In this document: in pieces, positions 8,529 through 17,700 of the stretch
Layout: every line of letters begins with the position of its first letter
Position numbering within the stretch: position 1 is the stretch's first letter
Source of the DNA: an uncultured virus (IMG/VR IMGVR_UViG_3300037603_000040)
Lineage: Duplodnaviria; Heunggongvirae; Uroviricota; Caudoviricetes; Schitoviridae
Strand: one strand, 5' to 3'
Virus record (IMG/VR): IMGVR_UViG_3300037603_000040
Length of the DNA stretch: 20,000 nucleotides
Made by a program: the position numbers and the translations under genes
The notes under the pieces: generated by a model
Database searches by the model: none
What the model was told of the DNA's origin: nothing
What the model saw: only the letters and a program-made list of their open reading frames with translations

Positions 8529-8786
8529 TTACCCCCGGAAAATGACGCTGCGGTAGCTCCAGATCACACCGATGAGGGTTATGACGATGGAGCCAAGGAA
8601 AGAGATTCCAGCGATGAGCTGGCGCTTCTCCTGACTGGTGCGCTTGAGATCTTGCGTGGCGATATGAGCCTCGAGCTCTTCCACGTCTTTCTTGAGATTC
8701 TGGATCTCATTCTGTTGCTGATCCACTCTGAAGAGCAACAGCTCAAAGTTTCGCATGTCCATATGTGCTGGCTGGTTCATAGCCAC
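8529..8786 (-). CDS. Coiled-coil protein with a C-terminal TM helix (holin/antiholin-like; N4 gp63 position)
   Basis: Heptad-rich N-terminus, then LIAGISFLGSIVITLIGVIW; first gene of the lysis cassette. The start may be GTG 8786 or ATG 8780. Confidence 0.7.
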   Translation of the reverse strand: MAMNQPAHMDMRNFELLLFRVDQQQNEIQNLKKDVEELEAHIATQDLKRTSQEKRQLIAGISFLGSIVITLIGVIWSYRSVIFRG

Positions 8787-8826
8787 CTGTCCTACTCTCG
8801 ATGTGGTGAAGAATAGGAACGGTCAC

Positions 8827-8848
8827 GATATGGTGTGGTATGGTGTGA
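8827..8848 (+). repeat. GGTGT pentamer array (upstream of the lysis cassette)
   Basis: gatat ggtgt ggtat ggtgt ga; a further GGTGTGA at 8904-8910. Confidence 0.7.
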
Positions 8849-8973
8849 ACCATAGAACCAGTCGTGTGTCTTCCTGCCGATCAGTTTACCTGGATAACTC
8901 CAGGGTGTGAACTAGAATATATTGATCCAGGAGCACAACTTAGAAGAAAGTTGCACCGCTGGATCCAGACAAA

Positions 8974-9414
8974 TTAACCGTAGGCTGCCATGGTCGTGTG
9001 GAACAGGTCCATCACAGCATCGACCTCAGCCTCTGTCTGAGCGGAACCAGTCAACTGAATGGCTTCGATCCTGGCTTTCTCGAGCTGAGCTCCGACATAT
9101 TTCCACTGAGCAGCCAAGTTCAGAAAGACCTGTACCACCTCATAGGCACTCTGGCCGGTCGATCCCACCTCACCAGCGATGAAGGGGTATTCCTGTTCCC
9201 ATCCCGGAGTGGCTGTTGGATCTGACGCAGCCAGCAGGAAAGCTGTCGCCTCCTTCTCCTTGGCCATGTAGATCATGTCCTGACCAGCAATCGGTGTGAT
9301 GAAGACCGATCGGATCTCGTCCATCTTCTTGTTGACGGTTTCTTTGGCCTTTTCCTTGCAGCGGGACAATTCCAGGTCTTTGCTGCTCTGGGATCTCGAG
9401 AAAACACGGGTCAT
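8974..9414 (-). CDS. Putative tail fibre assembly/chaperone protein (146 aa)
   Basis: GQDMIYMAKEKEA...YPFIAGE...QW...LEKARI pattern is typical of helical proteins encoded downstream of tail fibre genes; ATGA overlap with the upstream gene. Confidence 0.65.
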   Translation of the reverse strand: MTRVFSRSQSSKDLELSRCKEKAKETVNKKMDEIRSVFITPIAGQDMIYMAKEKEATAFLLAASDPTATPGWEQEYPFIAGEVGSTGQSAYEVVQVFLNLAAQWKYVGAQLEKARIEAIQLTGSAQTEAEVDAVMDLFHTTMAAYG

Positions 9415-9803
9415 AGGATCTCCAACTCGATCGCTGAATAGATGTGAGGGAAGGGGGCCTGGACCTCAACTCGGTATCTTCCTGGATCCGGGAAACTGAT
9501 CTCTTCTGGGAGCTCATCTGACTCGGTGATGAATATACCCATGACTTCATGGCCTACCACATCCGACACCGAAATCTTGGTTCCAATAGGGCAGGGGGGC
9601 ACAATGATTTGGTTGTTCTCAACATAGGGTACAGGTGAGAATGGTCGAGGTACGAGAACACCATTCAGCTTCATCATGTAACCTACATCCGCGATCGTAT
9701 ATCCGGGCTCAAGTACTACCTCAGTAAACCCTTCTACAGGATCTGCGGATACATTGACCTGTTCAACAATGCCCGCTTCATCGGTTTTTACATACACTTT
9801 CAT
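9411..9803 (-). CDS. Tail-fibre-associated hypothetical protein (130 aa)
   Basis: TGATG coupling to the fibre gene; beta-rich sequence. Confidence 0.7.
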   Translation of the reverse strand: MKVYVKTDEAGIVEQVNVSADPVEGFTEVVLEPGYTIADVGYMMKLNGVLVPRPFSPVPYVENNQIIVPPCPIGTKISVSDVVGHEVMGIFITESDELPEEISFPDPGRYRVEVQAPFPHIYSAIELEIL

Positions 9804-12800
9804 CAGCGTTTCACTCCCCGAATACTCAGTCTGACTTCTCGCACATTTGTTTTCTGATCCGTCGAGATAATTACACCAAAGTTGCTTTGAAGCATAACTT
9901 TGAACTCTGCGTTATATGCATTCAAGATCATTTCAGTAGTGTAGGTTGTGGTGAGCCATTGGTCTCTTCCTGGATTGTATTCGCCTGTGTAAAGGGTGAT
10001 CCAACTTCCCCAGGAAGAACCATTGTTAAGCCTGTATTGTAGCAATAACCTGGTTGTATGGGGCGTTTCAGTTGGTGCATCCCATCCGTCTCTGTGCTCT
10101 CCATAAAGACCAATAGCATAGACAGTATCTGGATTTGCCTTGTTGATACCTGTCGAAGCGCTGGTCACAGTGCCATTATGTGCTTTGTGTTGCGCAGCCA
10201 AAGCATAACCCAGTCCACCATCTGACACAGAACCATCAACCAGAGAATTTCTCAAGATCAGGTTGTTCAGCTCTGCATTACCATTTTGATTGATCTGCCA
10301 ACCAGTAGATCCAGAGACAAAATTAGATGATTGGACAGCTCCACCAAATAGAGCCAGACCGGCCGCACCAAAACTTCCTGTATCGACGTGGTTTGCAGCA
10401 ATACCTCCATCTACGATGAGCTTGCCGCCGTTCATGCGTCGAGCATAAACACCACCAATAAAACAGTCCGTGGTTCCATTGTTATTCTTGATTAACCGGA
10501 TTCTTGCATAACGATATCCTGCCGGAACATCAATAACACCAGACATTTCTGTTATTGATGTTGAATTGACAAGACCAACGTTTCGATAGAGGTTTGTACC
10601 TGAGAAATCAGGTTTTGTATTAATTTGCAAGTCCGCGAATACACTACCACTACCGGTAACGATGCGAGCAAAGTATCGGAAGAATATCTTCTCACCCGCA
10701 GGATCCACATCAAAGATAAACTTGCTGGTGGCAACTGTATAAGAAGTGCTTCCACCAGCTAGTCTTGCCACATTGGTCGAACCCCACGAAACAGAGTTGT
10801 TTGAAGCCTGCCAAGTAACAGAACCACTCCAAGCTTCCGGATCTTTAAAATCTGCGTCTATGTTCAGGTTGTCAAAGGAACCAATGGCTATTTTGCTTGC
10901 AGCAACAGCACCCACTGCCAGTTTTTCGGCCGTGATTGCCTTAGCACCAATCTTTTCAGCAACGACTGCGCCATCAACAATCAACTCACCGGGAATAACC
11001 TCTTCGATGACAAAGCTGTCAATATCTACAATACCAGGAAGAGCATTGTAGTTCACGATCGCGAGAGGGCGCATGTATCGAACACTGGAATTCATAACAT
11101 ACGGTGAATTCCGCGTTCCAGCTCCACCTCCAACTGGGGCACCAAAGCCATGCAGATATCCAACATACTCAGTGAAAGATGAGTCGGGGGAAACCCCAGC
11201 AGCTATAAAATAGTGTTGTGATGAAACACTATTACCACCCAAAGTATTGACTAATGTGATACCGTCTGCGGCTACACCTGCTACTCCGAAATAACATACA
11301 CCAGTGCCTGCTGTTCTGCGAACACGCACACGAGCGCGATAAAGCTTGTCTGGGTCAAACGGAATAGCTCTTGTATTGATCAACCACCCCTGATCATCAC
11401 CGCTATTATTACCAACACGAAGGACATTACCACCCAGGATGGAATCAGGTGTGGATACCAGGGTGACAGAACCTTGACCGTTGTAATTAACCCAAGCGTC
11501 GATGGCGTCGGCATTGGTAAAATCTTCTGAGAAAACTTTTGAAAGATCCACAATACCTATTTTGGGGGCAGTAATCGTTCCATTTGCAATGATATTGTCC
11601 GCGTTGAACCTTAACGCGCTCACAGGACCATTGATGGGATCATCAGCAGCCACGATCTCGAAGCCCGCACTGGCGCCACCTGCACCCAGGCGGATGGTGT
11701 AGGAAGCCGCAGCATTGCCCTCGAGATCTGCCACAGCCTGGGCTGTCTCGATCACGCTCGCCTCTGTAAGGGTCATCGGGTAGATCTGGAACCGATGCAC
11801 TTTGAGATGCTTAGTGTTCACGCCACCAAGAGAAGCAAAGTTTGCCATCAAATAGACCGTGTGATGACTGAAAGTTCCCAGCACACCGTCAGGCTTCTTG
11901 ATGACCAAGCTGCCGATATATCTCTTGCCTGGAACAATGGTCTCTACAACCATGTCTTGCATGGGGGTTTGAGTCCGGTTCAGTCCACCTCCGGTGCCGG
12001 TCGTGACCCAGTCCACAAGCACACCGGCGCCAAGGATGTTGCCCGAAACAAGCTCAAAGTCGATCTCGACTTTGTATCCGTCTGCATCATCAAGACCTGA
12101 CCAAGCTGCATTGTCTGACCGGATCACAGCACCCGCATTCACTGCCCCGATATTCCAGGACAAAGTATTACCAGTAGGGTATTGCTCGTTGGGCAAAACA
12201 GACGGAGCTGTTGTCCAAAGCTCCCATGCTTCAGTGCTCCAGGGCATGAACATGTCCCTGAGCGCACCGATCCCCTGAGAGGCCACAGAGACTGCTGTCT
12301 CTTTGGCAGAGACCGCCAGTGCTCTAGCATCCTCTGCGTCTTCAGCAGCCGCCACAGCATTGAACTCAGCCGTCTCAGCATTGGTCTGAGCAGTCTGTGC
12401 ATTGATCCGGCTCGTATCCGCAGCGCTGGCCCATTCACCAGCAGCCGTAGCCCCAGCATTAGCCAGGGTTGCAGACTCAGCAGAGGCCTGCGCAGAGGAC
12501 ATGGAACCAACCTGCTCAGTAACGTCTTTGATCAGAATCTGATTGATTGAGATCGCACCGAATGTGAGGCTGCCAGCATTGGCTCGGATATGAAAGAAGG
12601 CTTCATTGGCGGTGGCATTTTGACCATCAATCAGCACTGAGTAATCAGGGCTGGAGATGAGATCCGTCACAGTAGCAAACTGAACTCGTTCTTCAATCAC
12701 ACCGTCAGCAACAGTCCTGACAACCTGAGCTGATTGAACATTTACCTGCTTTGCTACACCACCCTCAAAGAAACTTACACCATAGGTGACACGACAGCCC

Positions 12801-14680
12801 TGGTTGTCTGATCCGTCATCTATCACTCGATACCGGTAGGTGACTTCATAAATCCGGCCATGAATATAAGGTGTTGGATTTCTCTGACCCAGTGTGTGAT
12901 TGGCTCCGACGGGCGTGTGGTATGCTTTCCCAAACACCACATCGTCGATGACAAGCCTCGAAGGTGCCACGATGTTTTTGACAGCAGTGCTTGTGCTGCT
13001 ATCTGTCCACATGAACGCAGGCAATCCAGGCACTGAGACCTCAGCCACTGTCACAGCCTCTTCGGCTGCATACCTGGATTCCACTGCCAGAGTGGCACTG
13101 GTTCCGGCTGTGTTGGAAGAACCTTGCGCATTTGTCTCTGAGACAGCAGCCGCTGTCTCAGATGCGAGAGCATTACCTGCCGATGTTTCTGCCGCGGTCT
13201 TAGAAATTGAAGCAGCCGCGGCAGACTCCCCAGCAGCCGTAGCATTGGCTTGAGCAGCATCAGCACTGGTGCTGGCAGCCGAGGCACTCTGACCCGCAGC
13301 ATCGGCCGACTGTGCAGCCACTGTGGCACTGTCTTCTGCGAAGGACTGAGCCGTCTCTGCATTGGCCCATGCCAGCTCAGCCAGAGCACGAGCATTATCA
13401 GCTACTGAAGCTGCAAGCTCAGCCGCTGTCTTGTCTGCGGCGGCAGACTGATAGGCCGCAAAGGAAAGCGTCACATCTTCGATCTTGAAGGCTGCAATCC
13501 GGATCTGCCCATTGGTGTCTGCCTGGGAATTCTGCCGAAGATGTAGGAACGCTTTGTTGGCAGTATTGGAACCAGACAGAACCACAGCTTCGTCGGTGGC
13601 CGTGTTACCGATTGCCAATCCCACCCCTGAAATCAAACCAGAGGAACCAGAGAAATAGGCAGCGTAGATCTCTTCGCCGTCAGCTACGGTCAGAGGAGTT
13701 GCAGTGAGGGCCTTCTCGACATTCAGCTCGAGAGGGGTCTGACCCTTCCAGGTCGAAATACCCAAGGCCAGATCCACACCACCGAGGCTACCATCATTCA
13801 CGGCACGAACCCGGACAGAGATCCGGTAGACACGGGTATAGACGAAGTCGATCGGATAGGCCGGCCCAATGGTCATGTTGCCGCCCAGAGGCAGCTCAGC
13901 ACAGTCTCCGAACTCAGGATCATCCGTGAGGAACCAGGTAGGAAGAGCGGGAAGTTTGGGACTGAAAACGGCACTGGTGCTCTCTCTGGTCCACTGCACA
14001 GCAGGGGCCTTCAGAATGGAGTTGCCCAGAGAAATAATGTTCGAGGCGTTCTCTGCCCGAAGCTCGTCAAAGCCACCCCAGACAGTGGGGTAAGGGAAGT
14101 CTGTGAATGCCTGATCGAGCTGGGTCTGTGCAGCCGTGATCCGATCTCCGACCAGAGTCAGTTCGTTGAGCTGTGCCGGAAGCTCCACGTCCAGGATCTG
14201 AGAAGTCACAGTCTGGAAGTTACCCAGGCTTGCCTGGATGTCATCATAGATCGTCTGCGCTTCCATGATCTTGGCATCGAGTGCTGTCTGCATCGACGGC
14301 AGAGCAGCAGCCACGTCCTGATCAATCAGGGCAGGAATATCCAATTCCAGGTAATTCTGGATGTTGGTCAGGGAACCAGAGAGCTCATCTCGAAGCTGCT
14401 GGATCTTGTTGTCGGTGTAGATCTTGCTGCCCAGGTCCACGTTGTAGATCTGGGTGCTCGTGGTATTGGCCACAGCCACGGCACTGTCGGCCGTTGCCTG
14501 TGCGGCCACGATCTGCACAGCATGGGCATCCAGCCGGTCTGTGAACTCCTGGCTCTTGCTGGCCAGGGAAGATTCCAGAGTCGTGGTTCTGGAACCAAGG
14601 GAAACGATATCAGCCTCGATTGCAGGCAGACGCACCAGCTCGACATTGTCAGCCCAAAGCTGAAGGTTCTCAACGCTCAT
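9803..14680 (-). CDS. Large modular tail fibre / host-specificity protein (1625 aa)
   Basis: N-terminal coiled coil, Ala/Ser-rich stalks, about five beta-sandwich-like modules, IVDGA/ITAEKL-type repeats and lambda-J-like segments (ALRFNADNIIANGTITAPKI; VQSSNFVSGSTGWQINQNGNAELNN). Confidence 0.85.
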   Translation of the reverse strand: MSVENLQLWADNVELVRLPAIEADIVSLGSRTTTLESSLASKSQEFTDRLDAHAVQIVAAQATADSAVAVANTTSTQIYNVDLGSKIYTDNKIQQLRDELSGSLTNIQNYLELDIPALIDQDVAAALPSMQTALDAKIMEAQTIYDDIQASLGNFQTVTSQILDVELPAQLNELTLVGDRITAAQTQLDQAFTDFPYPTVWGGFDELRAENASNIISLGNSILKAPAVQWTRESTSAVFSPKLPALPTWFLTDDPEFGDCAELPLGGNMTIGPAYPIDFVYTRVYRISVRVRAVNDGSLGGVDLALGISTWKGQTPLELNVEKALTATPLTVADGEEIYAAYFSGSSGLISGVGLAIGNTATDEAVVLSGSNTANKAFLHLRQNSQADTNGQIRIAAFKIEDVTLSFAAYQSAAADKTAAELAASVADNARALAELAWANAETAQSFAEDSATVAAQSADAAGQSASAASTSADAAQANATAAGESAAAASISKTAAETSAGNALASETAAAVSETNAQGSSNTAGTSATLAVESRYAAEEAVTVAEVSVPGLPAFMWTDSSTSTAVKNIVAPSRLVIDDVVFGKAYHTPVGANHTLGQRNPTPYIHGRIYEVTYRYRVIDDGSDNQGCRVTYGVSFFEGGVAKQVNVQSAQVVRTVADGVIEERVQFATVTDLISSPDYSVLIDGQNATANEAFFHIRANAGSLTFGAISINQILIKDVTEQVGSMSSAQASAESATLANAGATAAGEWASAADTSRINAQTAQTNAETAEFNAVAAAEDAEDARALAVSAKETAVSVASQGIGALRDMFMPWSTEAWELWTTAPSVLPNEQYPTGNTLSWNIGAVNAGAVIRSDNAAWSGLDDADGYKVEIDFELVSGNILGAGVLVDWVTTGTGGGLNRTQTPMQDMVVETIVPGKRYIGSLVIKKPDGVLGTFSHHTVYLMANFASLGGVNTKHLKVHRFQIYPMTLTEASVIETAQAVADLEGNAAASYTIRLGAGGASAGFEIVAADDPINGPVSALRFNADNIIANGTITAPKIGIVDLSKVFSEDFTNADAIDAWVNYNGQGSVTLVSTPDSILGGNVLRVGNNSGDDQGWLINTRAIPFDPDKLYRARVRVRRTAGTGVCYFGVAGVAADGITLVNTLGGNSVSSQHYFIAAGVSPDSSFTEYVGYLHGFGAPVGGGAGTRNSPYVMNSSVRYMRPLAIVNYNALPGIVDIDSFVIEEVIPGELIVDGAVVAEKIGAKAITAEKLAVGAVAASKIAIGSFDNLNIDADFKDPEAWSGSVTWQASNNSVSWGSTNVARLAGGSTSYTVATSKFIFDVDPAGEKIFFRYFARIVTGSGSVFADLQINTKPDFSGTNLYRNVGLVNSTSITEMSGVIDVPAGYRYARIRLIKNNNGTTDCFIGGVYARRMNGGKLIVDGGIAANHVDTGSFGAAGLALFGGAVQSSNFVSGSTGWQINQNGNAELNNLILRNSLVDGSVSDGGLGYALAAQHKAHNGTVTSASTGINKANPDTVYAIGLYGEHRDGWDAPTETPHTTRLLLQYRLNNGSSWGSWITLYTGEYNPGRDQWLTTTYTTEMILNAYNAEFKVMLQSNFGVIISTDQKTNVREVRLSIRGVKR

Positions 14681-15420
14681 CAGATGAACCCTTTATCCCG
14701 CAGCCGATCGATTTCGCTGTTGTCCGTTTCCTGGAGCAGGTCTTCCATCTCGACCCGATCACAGATCTGCTGATACCGACCCCAGAGGATCCGGGACTTG
14801 GCCAGATGCAGCTCGCTCGCCATGGATCCAAAGCTCTGGTAGGCCACATGTGCTTCGAGGGCACTTTCCAGGACCGGGTGGATGTTGATCTCCTCAGTGA
14901 GATCAGCGGGGATCGTCAGCTCGGCATGACCAGCCTGGTATTCAATCTCGATCACCCGACCATCGACGGGGTCCGGCACATAGAGTGTCCGGTAATCCAG
15001 GGTCTGGATCTTTTTCTGAGGGTCTTGAGTGTTGCGCCGGTTAAGGCTCAGAGACTGTGCCTCGTTCTCCAGCGTCACTGGATCATCCAAGACCTCTGTG
15101 CCCAGGATCTTGATGATGTCGTTCTGGAACGGTGACTCTTCGCTGTCGAGGATGAACCTGGTATTGGTGTTCAGCGGATCGGTATTGCTGACCGCATAGT
15201 CCGACGTCAGCGGGTATCTGAATACCCCATCATACAGCCGAACCTTCACATAATCCCTCTTATGCGAAAACTTCGAGAAGATCTCGGTGAGGGCGGTATT
15301 GATGTGCGAAATCACCTTGTCCTGGTGAGTTGGCTCAATGGTTCCGGCCCCTTCCATACCGATGAAGTGGTCGTTGAACTCACCATAGGAGAGTCTGCGA
15401 AAAAGTTCACCAACATTCAT
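14680..15420 (-). CDS. N4 gp67-like virion protein (head-tail adaptor), 246 aa
   Basis: Follows terL as in N4; N-terminal LSYGEF and INTALTEIFSKF motifs, IEYQAGH; about 28 kDa. Confidence 0.8.
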   Translation of the reverse strand: MNVGELFRRLSYGEFNDHFIGMEGAGTIEPTHQDKVISHINTALTEIFSKFSHKRDYVKVRLYDGVFRYPLTSDYAVSNTDPLNTNTRFILDSEESPFQNDIIKILGTEVLDDPVTLENEAQSLSLNRRNTQDPQKKIQTLDYRTLYVPDPVDGRVIEIEYQAGHAELTIPADLTEEINIHPVLESALEAHVAYQSFGSMASELHLAKSRILWGRYQQICDRVEMEDLLQETDNSEIDRLRDKGFI

Positions 15421-15452
15421 TGGGAAGCTCCTTGAGCTGGGTCAGACATGGG

Positions 15453-17120
15453 TCAGACGATGTATGAGGAGAGGCTGGATTGGCCGCGATCATCATCCCC
15501 ATCGTCAAACTCGAAGACACCATCTGCCTTCTGTTCGACCGGAGCTTCCTCGCTGGGCTTCCAGGGTTTAAGATACCCGAGCATGGACACCGTGTCGATA
15601 GCGTCATCATGCTTGGACTTGAGGCCAGTGATGGTGGCCAACTGAAGTTCCTGGACAAACTCGCCCATGATCTTCGTGGCCTTCATCTCGGCCGGGAAGA
15701 AGATATTGCCAGATGCGAAGAGCGGCACCACAAGGTTGAAGCGTGCCAGCTTGTCCACTTCAGGCTGGATCCCGACCTGGCTGCCTTTACCCTTGGCAAA
15801 ATTGAACCAGATGTTCCGAGTCATCATCTCGTTCTGGAGCCAGGAGATGAAGGCATACTGCTGGCCCGAGGTCTCGATCCCGACAGCCATGGGCTTATAC
15901 ATCTGAACCAGGCGAAACAGGTCATCAATGTTCTTGTCCATGGTCTGCTTGAGGCAGATACCATCCACCCAGAACCACTGACCAGAGGCCGAATAGGCCC
16001 AGACAGAGATCACCGAGAAGTCGTTGTGCTGCTTGCCTCTCGTGGCAAAGTCCGTGGTGATGTAGAAGTTGAACCGGTGCTTGTTGCGCAGCAGGTTCGT
16101 CCGGTCATACCAGCGGATCTCAGAATCCTGGACAAGGCGCTCCTCATCAGAGCTGATGCGCAGCATGTATTCCTGCATGAAGGCCGAGACCGTGCCTTCA
16201 AGCACAGCATTGCGGTATTCCTCCTCGACGAACTCGTAGGTGAAGCGATCCTCCCAGGAGCCTCTGAACTCCTCCCGGCTGCAAGGGAAACGCTCACAGA
16301 CCGGCCAGACGTTCACATGCCAGGCGCCGGACTCCACTGCTTCATAGAGGATGTCGTCCTTGTTGAAGGGCGTGCCATTGAAGATGATCTTCTTGTGAGT
16401 GGGATGTAGTGCTGCCTTCACCCCTTTGTGGACAGTGTCCTTGATGGCTGCCATGGATGCCTTGGACTTGGCGTCTTCGTCCGAAACCAGGTCATCGAGC
16501 ACACACAAGGTCGGACGTTTCCCGTCAATCTTGGTTCCTCGGATACCTGTCTTGGCACCGAACATCTTCACGCTCAGGCGATGGCCGTCTTTGTTGCGAA
16601 ACTCCAGGAGAGAGTCCGTGAACTTGGCATGGGGGAGGTATTCCTGGAGAAACTCGGAGGTGTTCCACCGGAACTCGATGTTCTTTCGAAGCGACTTGAC
16701 CCCGTTGTCCATCGAGTCCGAGACATAGATCGCCCCGCTGATATCTCCGAAGCCGTCGATTCCCCCGAACACACCAACGTAGAGGAAGAGATATTCCGCC
16801 ATCAGAGTGGTCTTGGCGATACCTCGGTGGCAGAGGTTGGCAATCTGCTTCTTCAGGCCACCAATCTCATCGAGCATGGCCAGATGGACCACGGGAGTCT
16901 TGTTCTGCTCGCCGTCTTCCCCGTTCACCAGCTTGATGAAGTTCATCATGTTCAGGGCGAAGGTGCCTGGCATATAGTGGCCGTTATTCAGCTCACTGTA
17001 GTCTACCTGGTTCAGCCATTCATCGACGGTCTGACGAACCATACCTGACGCCGCTATGGCTTCAGCAAGCGAGTCTGACTCCATGGCGTCTTCAAGAGTG
17101 GCTGTATCCAGGATTTGCAT
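15453..17120 (-). CDS. terL: Terminase large subunit (N4 gp68 family), 555 aa
   Basis: Walker A-like CHRGIAKTT, Walker B VLDDL, coupling motif GTP, nuclease acidic motifs TTDFA, NDFS and HDDAID. Confidence 0.96.
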   Translation of the reverse strand: MQILDTATLEDAMESDSLAEAIAASGMVRQTVDEWLNQVDYSELNNGHYMPGTFALNMMNFIKLVNGEDGEQNKTPVVHLAMLDEIGGLKKQIANLCHRGIAKTTLMAEYLFLYVGVFGGIDGFGDISGAIYVSDSMDNGVKSLRKNIEFRWNTSEFLQEYLPHAKFTDSLLEFRNKDGHRLSVKMFGAKTGIRGTKIDGKRPTLCVLDDLVSDEDAKSKASMAAIKDTVHKGVKAALHPTHKKIIFNGTPFNKDDILYEAVESGAWHVNVWPVCERFPCSREEFRGSWEDRFTYEFVEEEYRNAVLEGTVSAFMQEYMLRISSDEERLVQDSEIRWYDRTNLLRNKHRFNFYITTDFATRGKQHNDFSVISVWAYSASGQWFWVDGICLKQTMDKNIDDLFRLVQMYKPMAVGIETSGQQYAFISWLQNEMMTRNIWFNFAKGKGSQVGIQPEVDKLARFNLVVPLFASGNIFFPAEMKATKIMGEFVQELQLATITGLKSKHDDAIDTVSMLGYLKPWKPSEEAPVEQKADGVFEFDDGDDDRGQSSLSSYIV

Positions 17121-17560
17121 CAGGCACCATACCGATCATCGGTGCCGGTCTGGCGCTCCTCATAGGCAATCAGGAAGGCAATGCAGCAGGCTGCATGCCA
17201 GAGGTGGGAGTGTCCGGTCTCATCATCGAGATCTCCGAAGAGGAAGCTCTTGGTGGTAGGCCCCTTGCCTGCCCACCATGCCCACATGTGCCGCATGAGA
17301 GCCCCGAAGCACCGGGACCATTTCATGCCCTTCTCCCAGTTCCGGTCCTCATACTTCTGAGCCCCGAAGGTCAGGATCGTCCCCACTGCAAAGATCAGCT
17401 CCGAGGGAACCAGTTCGATCCGGCACTTCTCTTCGTCGTCCTTGCGCCCCTCAGTCAATCCCACCGTGGTAGGTGAAAAAGAAGATGGAAAATCCTTCTC
17501 GTAGGCTTCTTGTTGTGTGGCTTTGTCTTCAATCAACTCGTGATCTTTGATGCCGTGCAT
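17120..17560 (-). CDS. DUF5664-family dATP/dGTP diphosphohydrolase-domain protein (146 aa)
   Basis: Signature GRKDD..K.R.EL.P, LTFGAQKY..RNWEKG, ALMRH..AW..G, D.ETG.SHL.HA.CC..FL. Start placed at ATG 17560 (AGGA SD); the longer track start translates a repeat array. TGATG overlap with terL. Confidence 0.85.
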   Translation of the reverse strand: MHGIKDHELIEDKATQQEAYEKDFPSSFSPTTVGLTEGRKDDEEKCRIELVPSELIFAVGTILTFGAQKYEDRNWEKGMKWSRCFGALMRHMWAWWAGKGPTTKSFLFGDLDDETGHSHLWHAACCIAFLIAYEERQTGTDDRYGA

Positions 17561-17584
17561 GGGTGGGATCCTGGTATCTGTTCG

Positions 17585-17620
17585 GGTGTGATGTGCTATG
17601 GTGTGGTGTGTCTTCACACC
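17585..17620 (+). repeat. GGTGT pentamer array (upstream of DUF5664-terL)
   Basis: ggtgt gatgt gctat ggtgt ggtgt gtct, then an inverted TCACACC. Confidence 0.75.
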
Positions 17621-17700
17621 AAGGTAACGAATAGTCCGGACCCTTGCCAAGCTTTATTATCAGCTCGCACCGGGACCAGACTATTCCAGGTTTTCAGGTC

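Noticed and set aside
9803..10200. Fibre C-terminus as a diversity-generating retroelement target
   Set aside because: No template repeat or reverse transcriptase is visible in the window.
17561..17650. His/Thr-rich N-terminal extension of the DUF5664 protein
   Set aside because: It is the translation of the ACACC repeat array; ATG 17560 has a better SD.
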